NCBI GenBank assembly: GCA_963662285.2
Contig: CAXXMV010000003.1
Span: 256,001-320,000, forward strand
Reading direction: 5' to 3'
Length of the DNA stretch: 64,000 bases
Source of the DNA: a bacterium
GTDB taxonomy: Bacteria > Hinthialibacterota > Hinthialibacteria > Hinthialibacterales > Hinthialibacteraceae
The first letter of the stretch is position 1; the number at the start of each line of letters is the position of its first letter. This document shows, one piece after another, positions 9,437-18,431 of this stretch. The translations under genes were made by a program, and so were the position numbers. The notes below the pieces were generated by a model that had not been told where the DNA came from, searched no databases, and saw only the letters and a program-made list of their open reading frames with translations.

Positions 9437-10787
9437 TCATATTAATCGGTTTTCTTCAATATCGTAATAATGAACTGTGTTGCCTTCAACTTTTTTTTCA
9501 GCCAGATTTTCCAGATAAAACAAGGTTGGAGCAGTGATATACATGTTGTTTAGAAACGGTTGGGTATACATTACATCCCCATTAAAACGCCCCCCCGACA
9601 TGAATGGGAACGTACTTGCCGTTCACGTCGCGGTATTGCCCATTATGATTGTTCCAATCAACCCCTTCAGTCAAAAATCCATATTCACCGTGATGGTGCA
9701 GGGCGGCGCTGCGCAGTATGGTCAGCCCTTTCAGTTCGTATTCCCGTATATGATAAAAATGGGCTGCTTCGAAATAAGCCAACGCCGCTTCAGCGTTTTC
9801 CCACAGGTATGATGTATCCCATGAATCTTCCATATATAACAGGCCCTGCGTTGCAACTCCATTGCGGTCTTGCCGCATTTCAAAGCGTTCCAGACCATGC
9901 AGACATTTGTATCGCGCCCATTCCCGTAACGTATTATCATTCAAATAATCCGCCGCGCGGCTCAGGCAGCGGTAACCAACGCTTAGCGCCACGTTTTCAC
10001 AATCGTCATAGGTGTCATGATTAATGCTGCCGAATGCGCCGCCCATATCACGATAGACGTCAGCCGCCCGCCGGATCTCTTTGCTATAATCGCGTAATCC
10101 TCTTTTGCTCAATTCTACCCATAACCACAGCAGATAAGTCCCGTCGCCGCTGTGGTCGAACTGATCATCAGGATAGTCGCCCCATGCTTTATAATTGGCA
10201 TGAGAACCATCCGGCGTACATCGTCTTGGATACCATCCATTAGAGCAGGGCTTTACGTTTTTCCATAACCAGTCAGAAGTGAGCAGAGCAGTTTCAATTA
10301 AACGAGAGCGTAATGGCTCTGCAACTTCATCCGAGGCCCACAGCAGCTGCAAGGCAATATAGCCTGTAGAACCAGGGCAAAACCAATTCTCAAATTTAGG
10401 ATTATGCATGTAGTTGATGAATCTCTTGTCGCTGGCAATATCACGGTATGGCCGTACGAATCCATCATCCTGAAAGAAGCCCCCTTCCAGAGCATGATGT
10501 AAGACCGAAATCCCTATAGCATTAAGCCGCTGATCGCCGAATATTCGGGCGTATTTGATAATTTCATACGCCCCGCCAATAGCGTTCGCCGCCCAACCAA
10601 TGCCTTCCAATTCGCCGAATTCATGCCATGTCGCCGGGATTCCATCAGGATCAACAAAAGTGGAATTGGCGCACAGGTTACCCAGATAAACGCTCAGGCA
10701 TCTATGCGTTGTAAATCTAAGAGAATCAGCAACGCTATCTATTATCGAATAATTACTATTTGCCGCACGATAAAATTTGTTTAACAT
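9437..10787 (-). CDS. Hypothetical protein, probable alpha/alpha-toroid glycosidase-like, frameshifted at a G7 run (9590-9596)
   Basis: 401-aa ORF stops at 9582; removing one G extends it by GGRFNGDVMYTQPFLNNMYITAPTLFYLENLAEKK...ENRLI to TGA at 9437. Confidence 0.65.
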
Positions 10788-11177
10788 AAACTAAACTCCG
10801 AATAATCCCAGAATAATCCTTTGAATTGATTCCTCTAGTACTCTATAAAAAATCACCTAATATCACCAACGATAAAACATAAAGTAATCCAGTCTAACAG
10901 ACCGAAACCTAATCTGTGGAGACCTGTCTTGATTTTTTCTGATTATCAGGGGGCTTTTTAATGGTTTTATGAACTTTCCATAGAAAAAGAGATAAGATAT
11001 AAGTAAAAATAGCAAATTCGGTCTAATTCAAAGGTTGAATATGACTGAAAAAGATCAAGTTATTTTTATTTTACAAAACTATTTAAAATCATTAATAACC
11101 AGCTATATTTTTCATGGATTTTTCAGTAAAGTATTGTATGTATTATTAAAGAGTTACGAAAGTGGGAGGTTACAAAG

Positions 11178-11780
11178 ATGCGTAAGTCCGGTTTTACTTT
11201 GATTGAATTGCTTATTGTTGTTGCCATTATTGGGATTTTGGCGGCGATAGCTGTACCGAATTTCTTGAATGCTCAACAACGGGCGCGTTATGCTCAAGTT
11301 GAGTCAAACATGAAAGCGTTGGGCACCGCAATGATGACTTATCAGGTTGATTGGGGATCTATGCCTTTACATCCTCCTGGTCATTTGACAAATATTTATA
11401 ATAATGGTTTAACCACTCCTGTAGCATATATTGCCACTGAGCCGGTTGATGTTTATCAGTCCTATCTTAATTCTAAATCCAAAATGTACGGTGATTCAAA
11501 TGCCAGGCCGGTTCTGCATCCTGAACCATTTTATACTTGCAGCGGCGGCGCTTATGGTCATCCTGCTCTAGATAAAGGCGTTCCAGCCCCTGGAACAGGT
11601 AACGATCTGACATTACGATTTATTGATGATCCTCCTTTAAGGCAAAAGGCATTATCTCAATTTAAATATGGCCGCTATATCGTCAGCATCGGTCCTGATT
11701 TGGTTCATAACTTTCCGGGAACCTATAATATTTCCAATGGACTAATTAGTTCTGGAGATATTATCCGGGTAATTCCTTGA
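11178..11780 (+). CDS. Prepilin-type N-terminal cleavage/methylation domain protein (pseudopilin-like)
   Basis: G|FTLIELLIVVAIIGILAAIAVPNF class III signal; C-terminal SIGPD...YNISNGLISSGDI. Confidence 0.9.
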   Translation: MRKSGFTLIELLIVVAIIGILAAIAVPNFLNAQQRARYAQVESNMKALGTAMMTYQVDWGSMPLHPPGHLTNIYNNGLTTPVAYIATEPVDVYQSYLNSKSKMYGDSNARPVLHPEPFYTCSGGAYGHPALDKGVPAPGTGNDLTLRFIDDPPLRQKALSQFKYGRYIVSIGPDLVHNFPGTYNISNGLISSGDIIRVIP

Positions 11781-11916
11781 TACAACGCGTTACAATGTTG
11801 TATTATTTTAATGAATAAAATATTTATATCTTTTCATTGGGATTTTGTTATGCTATAATTTTGAAATGGGAACTTATGGCTCTAAGTTCAAATTTTTGAA
11901 GATGGTATTGTAATCC

Positions 11917-12375
11917 ATGAATAAAACTCCCAATAACTTTTACGAATGCACAGCTTCTCTTGAACAAATATGCCAAGTTCTTGAAATTATCACAGACGCG
12001 GCTCGTATAGCTGGTATGGATGAAAAGAGCGTCTGGAAATTAGAGACATCATTGGATGAAGCTTGCACTAATATAGTTAACTATGGATATAAAGATCGTA
12101 GTGACGGCAAATTATGGTTTAATTGGAATAAAACCAATAATCAATTTGTGATTACTATCCAAGACGCCGGATTAGAGTTTGATCAATCAGAACCAACTGC
12201 TCCTGATCTGGATTGTGATATATGCAAAAGGCAAATCGGTGGATTAGGCCGCTTTATAATGTCTCAATTCCTTGATGGCATGAAATATGAAAGAAAAGAT
12301 GGTAAAAATTGCTTAACCATGATTAAGAATCTTGATGCTATCCAAGAGCCGGTCAAACAGGCGGCGGTTTCATGA
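11917..12375 (+). CDS. Anti-sigma factor / RsbW-like kinase (HATPase_c_2)
   Basis: DEACTNIVNYGY, IQDAGLEFD, GGLGRFIM motifs. Confidence 0.85.
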   Translation: MNKTPNNFYECTASLEQICQVLEIITDAARIAGMDEKSVWKLETSLDEACTNIVNYGYKDRSDGKLWFNWNKTNNQFVITIQDAGLEFDQSEPTAPDLDCDICKRQIGGLGRFIMSQFLDGMKYERKDGKNCLTMIKNLDAIQEPVKQAAVS

Positions 12376-12412
12376 TTTTTCCTTAATTCAGCAAAATAGA
12401 AACAGCAAATAT

Positions 12413-12448
12413 AAACAGCCCGTGATTAATATCAGGGGCTGTTTTTTT
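12413..12448 (+). terminator. Intrinsic terminator
   Basis: aaacagcccgtgat-taat-atcaggggctgttttttt. Confidence 0.75.
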
Positions 12449-12460
12449 GTAGTTTTTTTA

Positions 12461-12560
12461 GTATGGGACAAAGCGACAGCGTAGCCCACCACTAACCACT
12501 TGTATAATATAGAGTTACGTGGTTTTTTTGGGATGAAACAAAGCGCCAGCGTATCCCATC
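12461..12560 (+). repeat. Two degenerate GTAG-family REP copies
   Basis: ...aaagcgacagcgtagcccacc and ...aaagcgccagcgtatcccatc resemble 15699-15727. Confidence 0.55.
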
Positions 12561-12674
12561 ATCTCCCGAAAATCCAATAATTATCAATACCCAATGGCGC
12601 TTTTCATGGGCGCCCAAATTCGATTAACTCAACGAAGCGTAATCCCCCCATGAATCAAACAACCACTCATTCAT

Positions 12675-14030
12675 TCATTTCAACGGACCTGTCGAAAAAT
12701 ATTGATTTGTTAAATCCCGGTAGGTGCGTAATTTACTTTCAATCATTAACGGCGATTGTTTCGCCAGTTCAAAACGCTGCCTAACTTCGTCTTCATTACC
12801 GGGCTGGTGGATCATAATACTGATAGCAGCCAGATTTCCTGTTAGAGAGTATTTCTCAAACTTACTCTCTTTGCTTAAACGCCGGTATATATCAAGCGCT
12901 TTATCTTTTTCATTTAATTGATTAGAGTATATTGTTCCTAATAAATACAATGCATTATTGCAGGCCAGATCATCATTTTTGTAATTATCCCGAAATTTAC
13001 TGGCGATATCAAACGCTTCATCATACTTATGCTGCATGACATAACCCACCAGTTTCATATCATAAATATGATTTTTCCAGGTTGTGGAACCAAAAATTTC
13101 CGTGTTCGCGTGTAAATCATCCGTAGCAAATCCATTCTCGATCATCAAGTCAGTAAGCGTACAAATCGTCTTTCCACCTTCTACGCCTGCGAATCTTAAG
13201 CCGGATATAATCAATGCTAATTGTTCCCGGACAAAGTCGCCCTTGTCATTATTTCTTTCCATGAACAGTTTGACGCATTGGTTGAGAGAACCGGTAATTC
13301 CACCGCGTAATGACTGAATAATTATGTAATAATACGGAGTGTTCTTAAGTTCAGGGGATGCAATAATATCTGCATCCAAATTATCCCCTGGCGAATTAGC
13401 GTCAAGCGTAGGATCAATACTTATCAACAACTCCAGCGCTTTGAAATATTCTTTATCTGCGGTAAGACATGCGACCTTGGCGATTTGCTGAGTTAAAGCG
13501 TCTTGTTTATCCTCAATGAAAAATGGATACATCTTATCCAGGGCTGGTTTGAGAGCATCAATATCATTATCTATGGTCATGTACCGGAAAAACCGGACAA
13601 GGTCTTTGCGGTTTTTAGATGAAACGGCAAAATCAGGATCGGGAGTAGCAAGCAGACCATCAAAGGCAATAGGCGCCAGATAACGTGAAACTAGAATAGC
13701 AGCGGATTTGCCCATCATACCGCCAATTGCTTCAAGATAGCATTGAATTGCATTGGGTTGTTTTTTATGAATGGCTTGAGCAAATAACTTTATAGATTCC
13801 TCAGTTTTCCCTGAATGAAGCAGCAACCGCGCCTGAAGCAGAGTATCCTTTTGATCAATAAAACTCTGCGTACTAAGGTTTGAGTCGTTGGTTATATGTT
13901 TCGAAGAAACAAACCTATAAAACCCATAAGAAGCATAAATCAATAGAATAATAATTAAGATGATAATATTCCGGTATTTGCGCATCCGTTTATCCCTTGT
14001 TTTCACCGGCTGATTTTTGCTGTCAATCAT
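12675..14030 (-). CDS. Membrane-anchored hypothetical protein with TPR-like repeats
   Basis: N-terminal hydrophobic anchor; ALYLLGTIY...KALDIYRRL TPR-like pattern. Confidence 0.65.
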   Translation of the reverse strand: MIDSKNQPVKTRDKRMRKYRNIIILIIILLIYASYGFYRFVSSKHITNDSNLSTQSFIDQKDTLLQARLLLHSGKTEESIKLFAQAIHKKQPNAIQCYLEAIGGMMGKSAAILVSRYLAPIAFDGLLATPDPDFAVSSKNRKDLVRFFRYMTIDNDIDALKPALDKMYPFFIEDKQDALTQQIAKVACLTADKEYFKALELLISIDPTLDANSPGDNLDADIIASPELKNTPYYYIIIQSLRGGITGSLNQCVKLFMERNNDKGDFVREQLALIISGLRFAGVEGGKTICTLTDLMIENGFATDDLHANTEIFGSTTWKNHIYDMKLVGYVMQHKYDEAFDIASKFRDNYKNDDLACNNALYLLGTIYSNQLNEKDKALDIYRRLSKESKFEKYSLTGNLAAISIMIHQPGNEDEVRQRFELAKQSPLMIESKLRTYRDLTNQYFSTGPLK

Positions 14031-14161
14031 GAACCATCTGTATTATATTGAGTTATGTGCAAAACAACAATTAATATTACTCACCGTCGGCTTTAAACAT
14101 TAACGCTGTCTATGTTATATTTATTACAGTGCATCCCTCATGGAAGGAATTAAAATCAATC

Positions 14162-15625
14162 ATGAATAAATTTCCCATATCACTCGCTATCAAAATACTT
14201 CTATTGACCTTGTTAACTCCTCTGTACTCTATGGCTGATTCTAGGCAGTCCGTTCTGGATATCGGTTCGCACCGTGAACTATTCGTTGATAATTACTTGA
14301 TTGATAAGATGGAAGGAACGCAGTTGCGTATGCATTCACCCGTTTCCGCTGGAGCAGTGCTGCAATTCGATAAACCCTGGGAAGGCCGATACTGCGGTTA
14401 TATATCTGCATTTGCGGATGGGGATCGATTCCGTCTGTATTACCGGGGATTGCCTCAAGCCGGCAAAGACGGCAGCAACAACGAAGTGACCTGCTATGCC
14501 CAGAGCTTTGACGGCGTCCACTGGCAAAAACCAGACCTTGGAATATACGAAATAAATGGTTCAACCAATAACAATATCGTTATTAAAGACCAGGCGCCTT
14601 TATCCCATAATTTCAGCCCCTTTCTCGACGCGAAACAGGATATCCCCGATGAAGAGCGTTATAAGGCGTTGGCCGGAACTGAAAAGAGCGGCTTGGTCGG
14701 CTTTGTATCCGCTGATGGCTTGCATTGGAAAAAATTGCGGGATGAGCCAGTGATAACCAAGGGAGTCTTTGATTCACAAAACGTGGCCTTCTGGTCAGAG
14801 TCAGAATCATGTTATGTATGCTATTTCCGCACCTGGAGCGGAGGCGGCTACAAGGGCTACCGCACCGTAAGCCGCTGCACCTCAATTGATTTTATAAATT
14901 GGAGCGAACCAGTCGCCATGACATTCGGCGACGCGCCTATGGAGCACCTTTACACCAGTCAAACCCATGCCTACTTCCGGGCGCCACATATTTACATAGC
15001 ATATCCCGCCCGCTTCATGCCGGGTCGAAAAGTCTTGACCAAAGAACAGTTTGCAGAAATCGGCGGTGAAGCTCAATATTCGTCTGATAGTTCCGAAACC
15101 TGCTTTATGACCAGCAGAGGCGGGAACCGCTACAACCGCACCTTCATGGAAGGCTTTATCCGTCCTGGACTCGGTATCAACAATTGGAGTTCGCGCACCA
15201 ACTATACCGCCTGCGGCACCATCCCGACTTGCGAGAATGAGATGTCGCTCTTCATTCAACGCAACTATGGCCAGCCCACCCATTACCTGGAACGCCTCAC
15301 CCTGCGCACAGACGGTTTCGCATCAATCAATGCCCCCTTCGTCGGCGGTGAAATAACCACCAAGCCCTTCCGCTTTCAGGGAGAAAAACTGACCATTAAT
15401 TTCTCCACCTCAGCAGCCGGAAGCATCTGGGTAGAAATCCAAGACCAACAAGGCCAAACAATACCGGGATTCTCCAAAAACGATTGCAACGAAATAATCG
15501 GCGACCAAATCAAAAGAACCGTAACCTGGAAGGGAAATCCAGCAGTCAATTCTCTATCAGAGAAACCCATACGCCTGAAATTCATAATGAAAGACGCCGA
15601 TCTATATTCGATGAAATTTGAATAG
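14162..15625 (+). CDS. Secreted hypothetical protein, probable beta-propeller glycoside hydrolase-like
   Basis: Signal peptide; RELFVD, S.DG.HW Asp-box-like repeats, FDSQN, LRTDGFAS; start chosen at ATG 14162 within ORF 14129-15625. Confidence 0.7.
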   Translation: MNKFPISLAIKILLLTLLTPLYSMADSRQSVLDIGSHRELFVDNYLIDKMEGTQLRMHSPVSAGAVLQFDKPWEGRYCGYISAFADGDRFRLYYRGLPQAGKDGSNNEVTCYAQSFDGVHWQKPDLGIYEINGSTNNNIVIKDQAPLSHNFSPFLDAKQDIPDEERYKALAGTEKSGLVGFVSADGLHWKKLRDEPVITKGVFDSQNVAFWSESESCYVCYFRTWSGGGYKGYRTVSRCTSIDFINWSEPVAMTFGDAPMEHLYTSQTHAYFRAPHIYIAYPARFMPGRKVLTKEQFAEIGGEAQYSSDSSETCFMTSRGGNRYNRTFMEGFIRPGLGINNWSSRTNYTACGTIPTCENEMSLFIQRNYGQPTHYLERLTLRTDGFASINAPFVGGEITTKPFRFQGEKLTINFSTSAAGSIWVEIQDQQGQTIPGFSKNDCNEIIGDQIKRTVTWKGNPAVNSLSEKPIRLKFIMKDADLYSMKFE

Positions 15626-15639
15626 ATAGGTAGTAGCCC

Positions 15640-15727
15640 GTAGGGTGGGTCGCGTATTATGACCCACCGAACCAACCACTTTTGATAACAGGCCGCACGT
15701 AGGGCTAAAAGCGAAGCGTAGCCCACC
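15640..15727 (+). repeat. Tandem pair of GTAG-type REP palindromes
   Basis: gtagggtgggtcgcgtattatgacccacc and gtagggctaaaagcgaagcgtagcccacc. Confidence 0.8.
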
Positions 15728-15742
15728 ATTTATCAATTAAAT

Positions 15743-15771
15743 TTGACAATTAATGTTATTATGGGTAGGAT
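15743..15771 (+). promoter_or_regulatory. Sigma70-type promoter of the ParDE operon
   Basis: TTGACA-17 nt-TAGGAT. Confidence 0.6.
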
Positions 15772-15799
15772 AAGATAAACATTTGAATGAGAAGAAATC

Positions 15800-16051
15800 A
15801 TGAATATTTCTCTTACCCCGGAATTGGAAAAAATGGTTCAGCAAAAAGTCGCTGCAGGAATGTATGATTACGCCAACGAGGTTATACGGGATGCTTTGCG
15901 ATTACTCAACGAGCGTGATCAAATTCAAGAATTACGCTTAAAGGAACTTCAGAAAGATATAAAAAACGGGTTGGATAGCGGCGATCCTACTCCTTTTAAT
16001 ATAGAAGATGTAATTAACCGTGGTCAGAAACGTTGGGCGTCAAAAAAATAG
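15800..16051 (+). CDS. parD: Type II TA antitoxin, ParD family
   Basis: MNISLTPELE...V..G.Y....EVIRDALRLL...I..GLDSG. Confidence 0.9.
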   Translation: MNISLTPELEKMVQQKVAAGMYDYANEVIRDALRLLNERDQIQELRLKELQKDIKNGLDSGDPTPFNIEDVINRGQKRWASKK

Positions 16052-16066
16052 AAGGCTTAAAGGCCT

Positions 16067-16363
16067 ATGGCGATAACAATACTCAAGCGACCGCAAGCCG
16101 ATATAGATATTGATGAAACTGCGGACTATATCGCAGAAGATAATCCCGAAGCCGCTGTGCACTTTCTATGATTACTGGATGGAAAACTAAAAACTCTAGC
16201 CCAAAATCAATTGATATGTCGTTTACGTCCGGAATTATATACTAATTTACGGAGTTTTCCTTTTGGGAATTATGTCATTTTCTATCTTCCCATAGAAAAT
16301 GGAATAGACATTGTACGTTTTCTTCATTCATCCCGAGACATAGAGCCACTTTTCGATGTTTAA
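16067..16363 (+). pseudogene. parE: ParE/RelE toxin with in-frame TGA at 16169-16171
   Basis: Manual translation MAITILKRPQADIDIDETADYIAEDNPEAAVHFL*LLDGKLKTLAQNQLICRLRPELYTNLRSFPFGNYVIFYLPIENGIDIVRFLHSSRDIEPLFDV; absent from the ORF track. Confidence 0.85.
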
Positions 16364-16490
16364 ATGCAGTGAGCAAGGTGGACTGCTATTGTTGATAGAA
16401 AAGTTATGATAAATTAATATAATTTGAATAATACCAAGTGAAAACTTGTATCATCGTTGTTTTTTATATAATTTATAGAGGTGATATGTT

Positions 16491-17582
16491 GTGTCTATTA
16501 AAATTGTGAATATGATTTTTGCTTTATTTCTCCTGTCATCTTCCACTGTTTTTGGGTGTACTGCGTTTATATTGGATACAGAAAATGGACCAATATTAGC
16601 TCGGAATATGGATTTTTATTTCGGTGATGCTTATCTTATTGTCAATAAACGTGGAATACAAAAAAGAGCTTTGTTATTGAATTCTTCAGAAAAATCCAAT
16701 GGCGTAAAGTGGACATCAAAATATGGATGTATTACATTAAATCCGATATCCTATCAAATTCCTTGTGGGGGGATAAATGAAGCAGGATTGGTTGTTGTAG
16801 CTTTATATGATTTGATCAAAGAGCGTCCAAAACCTGACCAACGCACAGTAATAGATATCATTCAATGGATACAATACCAATTAGATAATCATAGAACGGT
16901 TGACGAGGTTATTGATTCAATATCAAAGATACGCATTTCAAATGAAACGTTTGATGCTCAGCTTCATTACTTGATCTGTGATTCAAAAGGGCGCCGAGCT
17001 GTTATAGAAATAATAGCAGGAAAGGAAATTGTTTACCGAAAAGAACAAATGCCTATAAGTGTTTTGGCAAATGCTAAATACCAGGAATCTCTAAAATATA
17101 TTAAGAAGAATGATATGATATTTGAATCGTATCAATCAACTAATGAACAAAGAATTACGCGTGCTCTACAAAAAGTGAATAATTATAATTCTTCAAAAGA
17201 TAAAGCTATTAAGTATGCGTTTCAGGCTCTAGATTTTGTGAAATACAATAGAAATAACCAAAAAACTTATTGGTCAGTAGTATATGATCCAGTAAAACAA
17301 AAAGTATATTTTAATAATAGGGATAATATGACAAAAGGAACACTCGATTTAAATTCCATCGATTTCAGTCAAGATTATCCTGAATACTTAGATACAATGA
17401 AGATTTATAATACTGATTTAAATTCTCAGTTAAGTAATTATGATTTCTCAACTCATGAAAACTTTACACGAAATATGATTACAAAGTATCTAAATTTGGG
17501 TACTTTTTTATCAATTAACAAAGATAATCTAGAAATTATAATTTCTAGGACATTTCCAATAATAAGTACTAAATGCGAATAA
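16491..17582 (+). CDS. Linear amide C-N hydrolase (choloylglycine hydrolase / penicillin V acylase family), secreted
   Basis: Signal peptide then nucleophile C-TAF; ARNMDF, GINEAGL, HYLICD, T.WSVVYD; AT-rich. Confidence 0.88.
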   Translation: MSIKIVNMIFALFLLSSSTVFGCTAFILDTENGPILARNMDFYFGDAYLIVNKRGIQKRALLLNSSEKSNGVKWTSKYGCITLNPISYQIPCGGINEAGLVVVALYDLIKERPKPDQRTVIDIIQWIQYQLDNHRTVDEVIDSISKIRISNETFDAQLHYLICDSKGRRAVIEIIAGKEIVYRKEQMPISVLANAKYQESLKYIKKNDMIFESYQSTNEQRITRALQKVNNYNSSKDKAIKYAFQALDFVKYNRNNQKTYWSVVYDPVKQKVYFNNRDNMTKGTLDLNSIDFSQDYPEYLDTMKIYNTDLNSQLSNYDFSTHENFTRNMITKYLNLGTFLSINKDNLEIIISRTFPIISTKCE

Positions 17583-17660
17583 TTGTATTGTTTGAACTGG
17601 CTAAAAGCGATAGCACACCACACCACACCATTTTTCTCTGGTTTTCCAAAAATAAAATTC

Positions 17661-17689
17661 TTGCAAATATGTATCATATATGATACGAT
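17661..17689 (+). promoter_or_regulatory. Promoter with overlapping palindromic operator of the TA operon
   Basis: TTGCAA-17 nt-TACGAT; perfect 16-bp palindrome gtatcatatatgatac at 17671-17686. Confidence 0.7.
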
Positions 17690-17694
17690 GGGTT

Positions 17695-18009
17695 ATGTAT
17701 GAAATAGTTCTATACCAAACCAAAAACGGAAAAGAGCCTTTAACGGTATGGTTAAGTGGTCTTGAGAAAAAAACCCGCAGCCGGATACGGGCTCGTATAT
17801 TAACTATCCAAGCCGAGAATTTGGGTGATTACAAGAGTGTTGGACAAGGTGTTTTTGAATTGCGTTTTTTCTTTGACGGCGGTATCCGCATTTACTTTGG
17901 AAAAGATGGAGGAAAAATCATCGTTTTGTTATGTGGAGGGGATAAAAGCACCCAAAAGCGAGACATAGAAACGGCAAAGAAATATTGGGAGGATTACAAA
18001 AATGGCTGA
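17695..18009 (+). CDS. Type II TA toxin, RelE/HigB-like addiction module killer
   Basis: NLGDYKSVGQGVFELRF..GG.RIYFG...LLCGGDKSTQKRDI..AK. Confidence 0.9.
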   Translation: MYEIVLYQTKNGKEPLTVWLSGLEKKTRSRIRARILTIQAENLGDYKSVGQGVFELRFFFDGGIRIYFGKDGGKIIVLLCGGDKSTQKRDIETAKKYWEDYKNG

Positions 18010-18334
18010 ACGAAAATTTAGAACATACGATAAATATCTAGAGGAACATTTCAAAGAGCATCCGGAAGAAGTTGACGACTTTTTGCAAGCGGCTTTAGAG
18101 GTCTATGAAGAAGAACAAGATCATACTGCATTGCTCTTGGCGCTTCGCCATGTAGTTAAGGCCAAGGGTGGAATGACGGAGTTAGCAAAAAAAACCGGTA
18201 TAGCCCGTGAAAACCTATATAGAATGTTGGCGCCCACAGGCAACCCAACAGTAAAAACTTTGCAAAGCATTTTAAATGCGTTTGGGTATGTGATTTCTTT
18301 CAAATCGATGACGATGAGTACTTCTCAAAGGTAA
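18002..18334 (+). CDS. Addiction module antidote, HTH (HigA-like)
   Basis: LLALRHVVKAKGGMTELAKKTGIARENLYRML...GNPT; overlaps the toxin gene. Confidence 0.9.
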   Translation: MAERKFRTYDKYLEEHFKEHPEEVDDFLQAALEVYEEEQDHTALLLALRHVVKAKGGMTELAKKTGIARENLYRMLAPTGNPTVKTLQSILNAFGYVISFKSMTMSTSQR

Positions 18335-18359
18335 ACTAATTTACCCAAAGTATCAGCCA

Positions 18360-18393
18360 GTAGGGTGGTCTAAAAGCGATAACGTAGCCCACC
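18360..18393 (+). repeat. GTAG-type REP palindrome
   Basis: gtagggtggtctaaaagcgataacgtagcccacc. Confidence 0.75.
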
Positions 18394-18431
18394 ATTTACC
18401 ACCCAGGAATAAAATAATTTAAGGTAAAGAC

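Noticed and set aside
11017-11049. Hairpin ttcggtctaa-ttcaa-agg-ttgaa-tatgactgaa resembling the tetraloop-receptor stem of a c-di-GMP-I riboswitch, upstream of the pilin
   Set aside because: No P1/P2 with a GNRA loop or conserved junction upstream; an Infernal RF01051 search would be decisive
16169-16171. In-frame TGA as selenocysteine or an alternative genetic code
   Set aside because: The position is not Cys-like, no SECIS is evident, and TGA clearly terminates other genes here (pilin, radA, mlaE)
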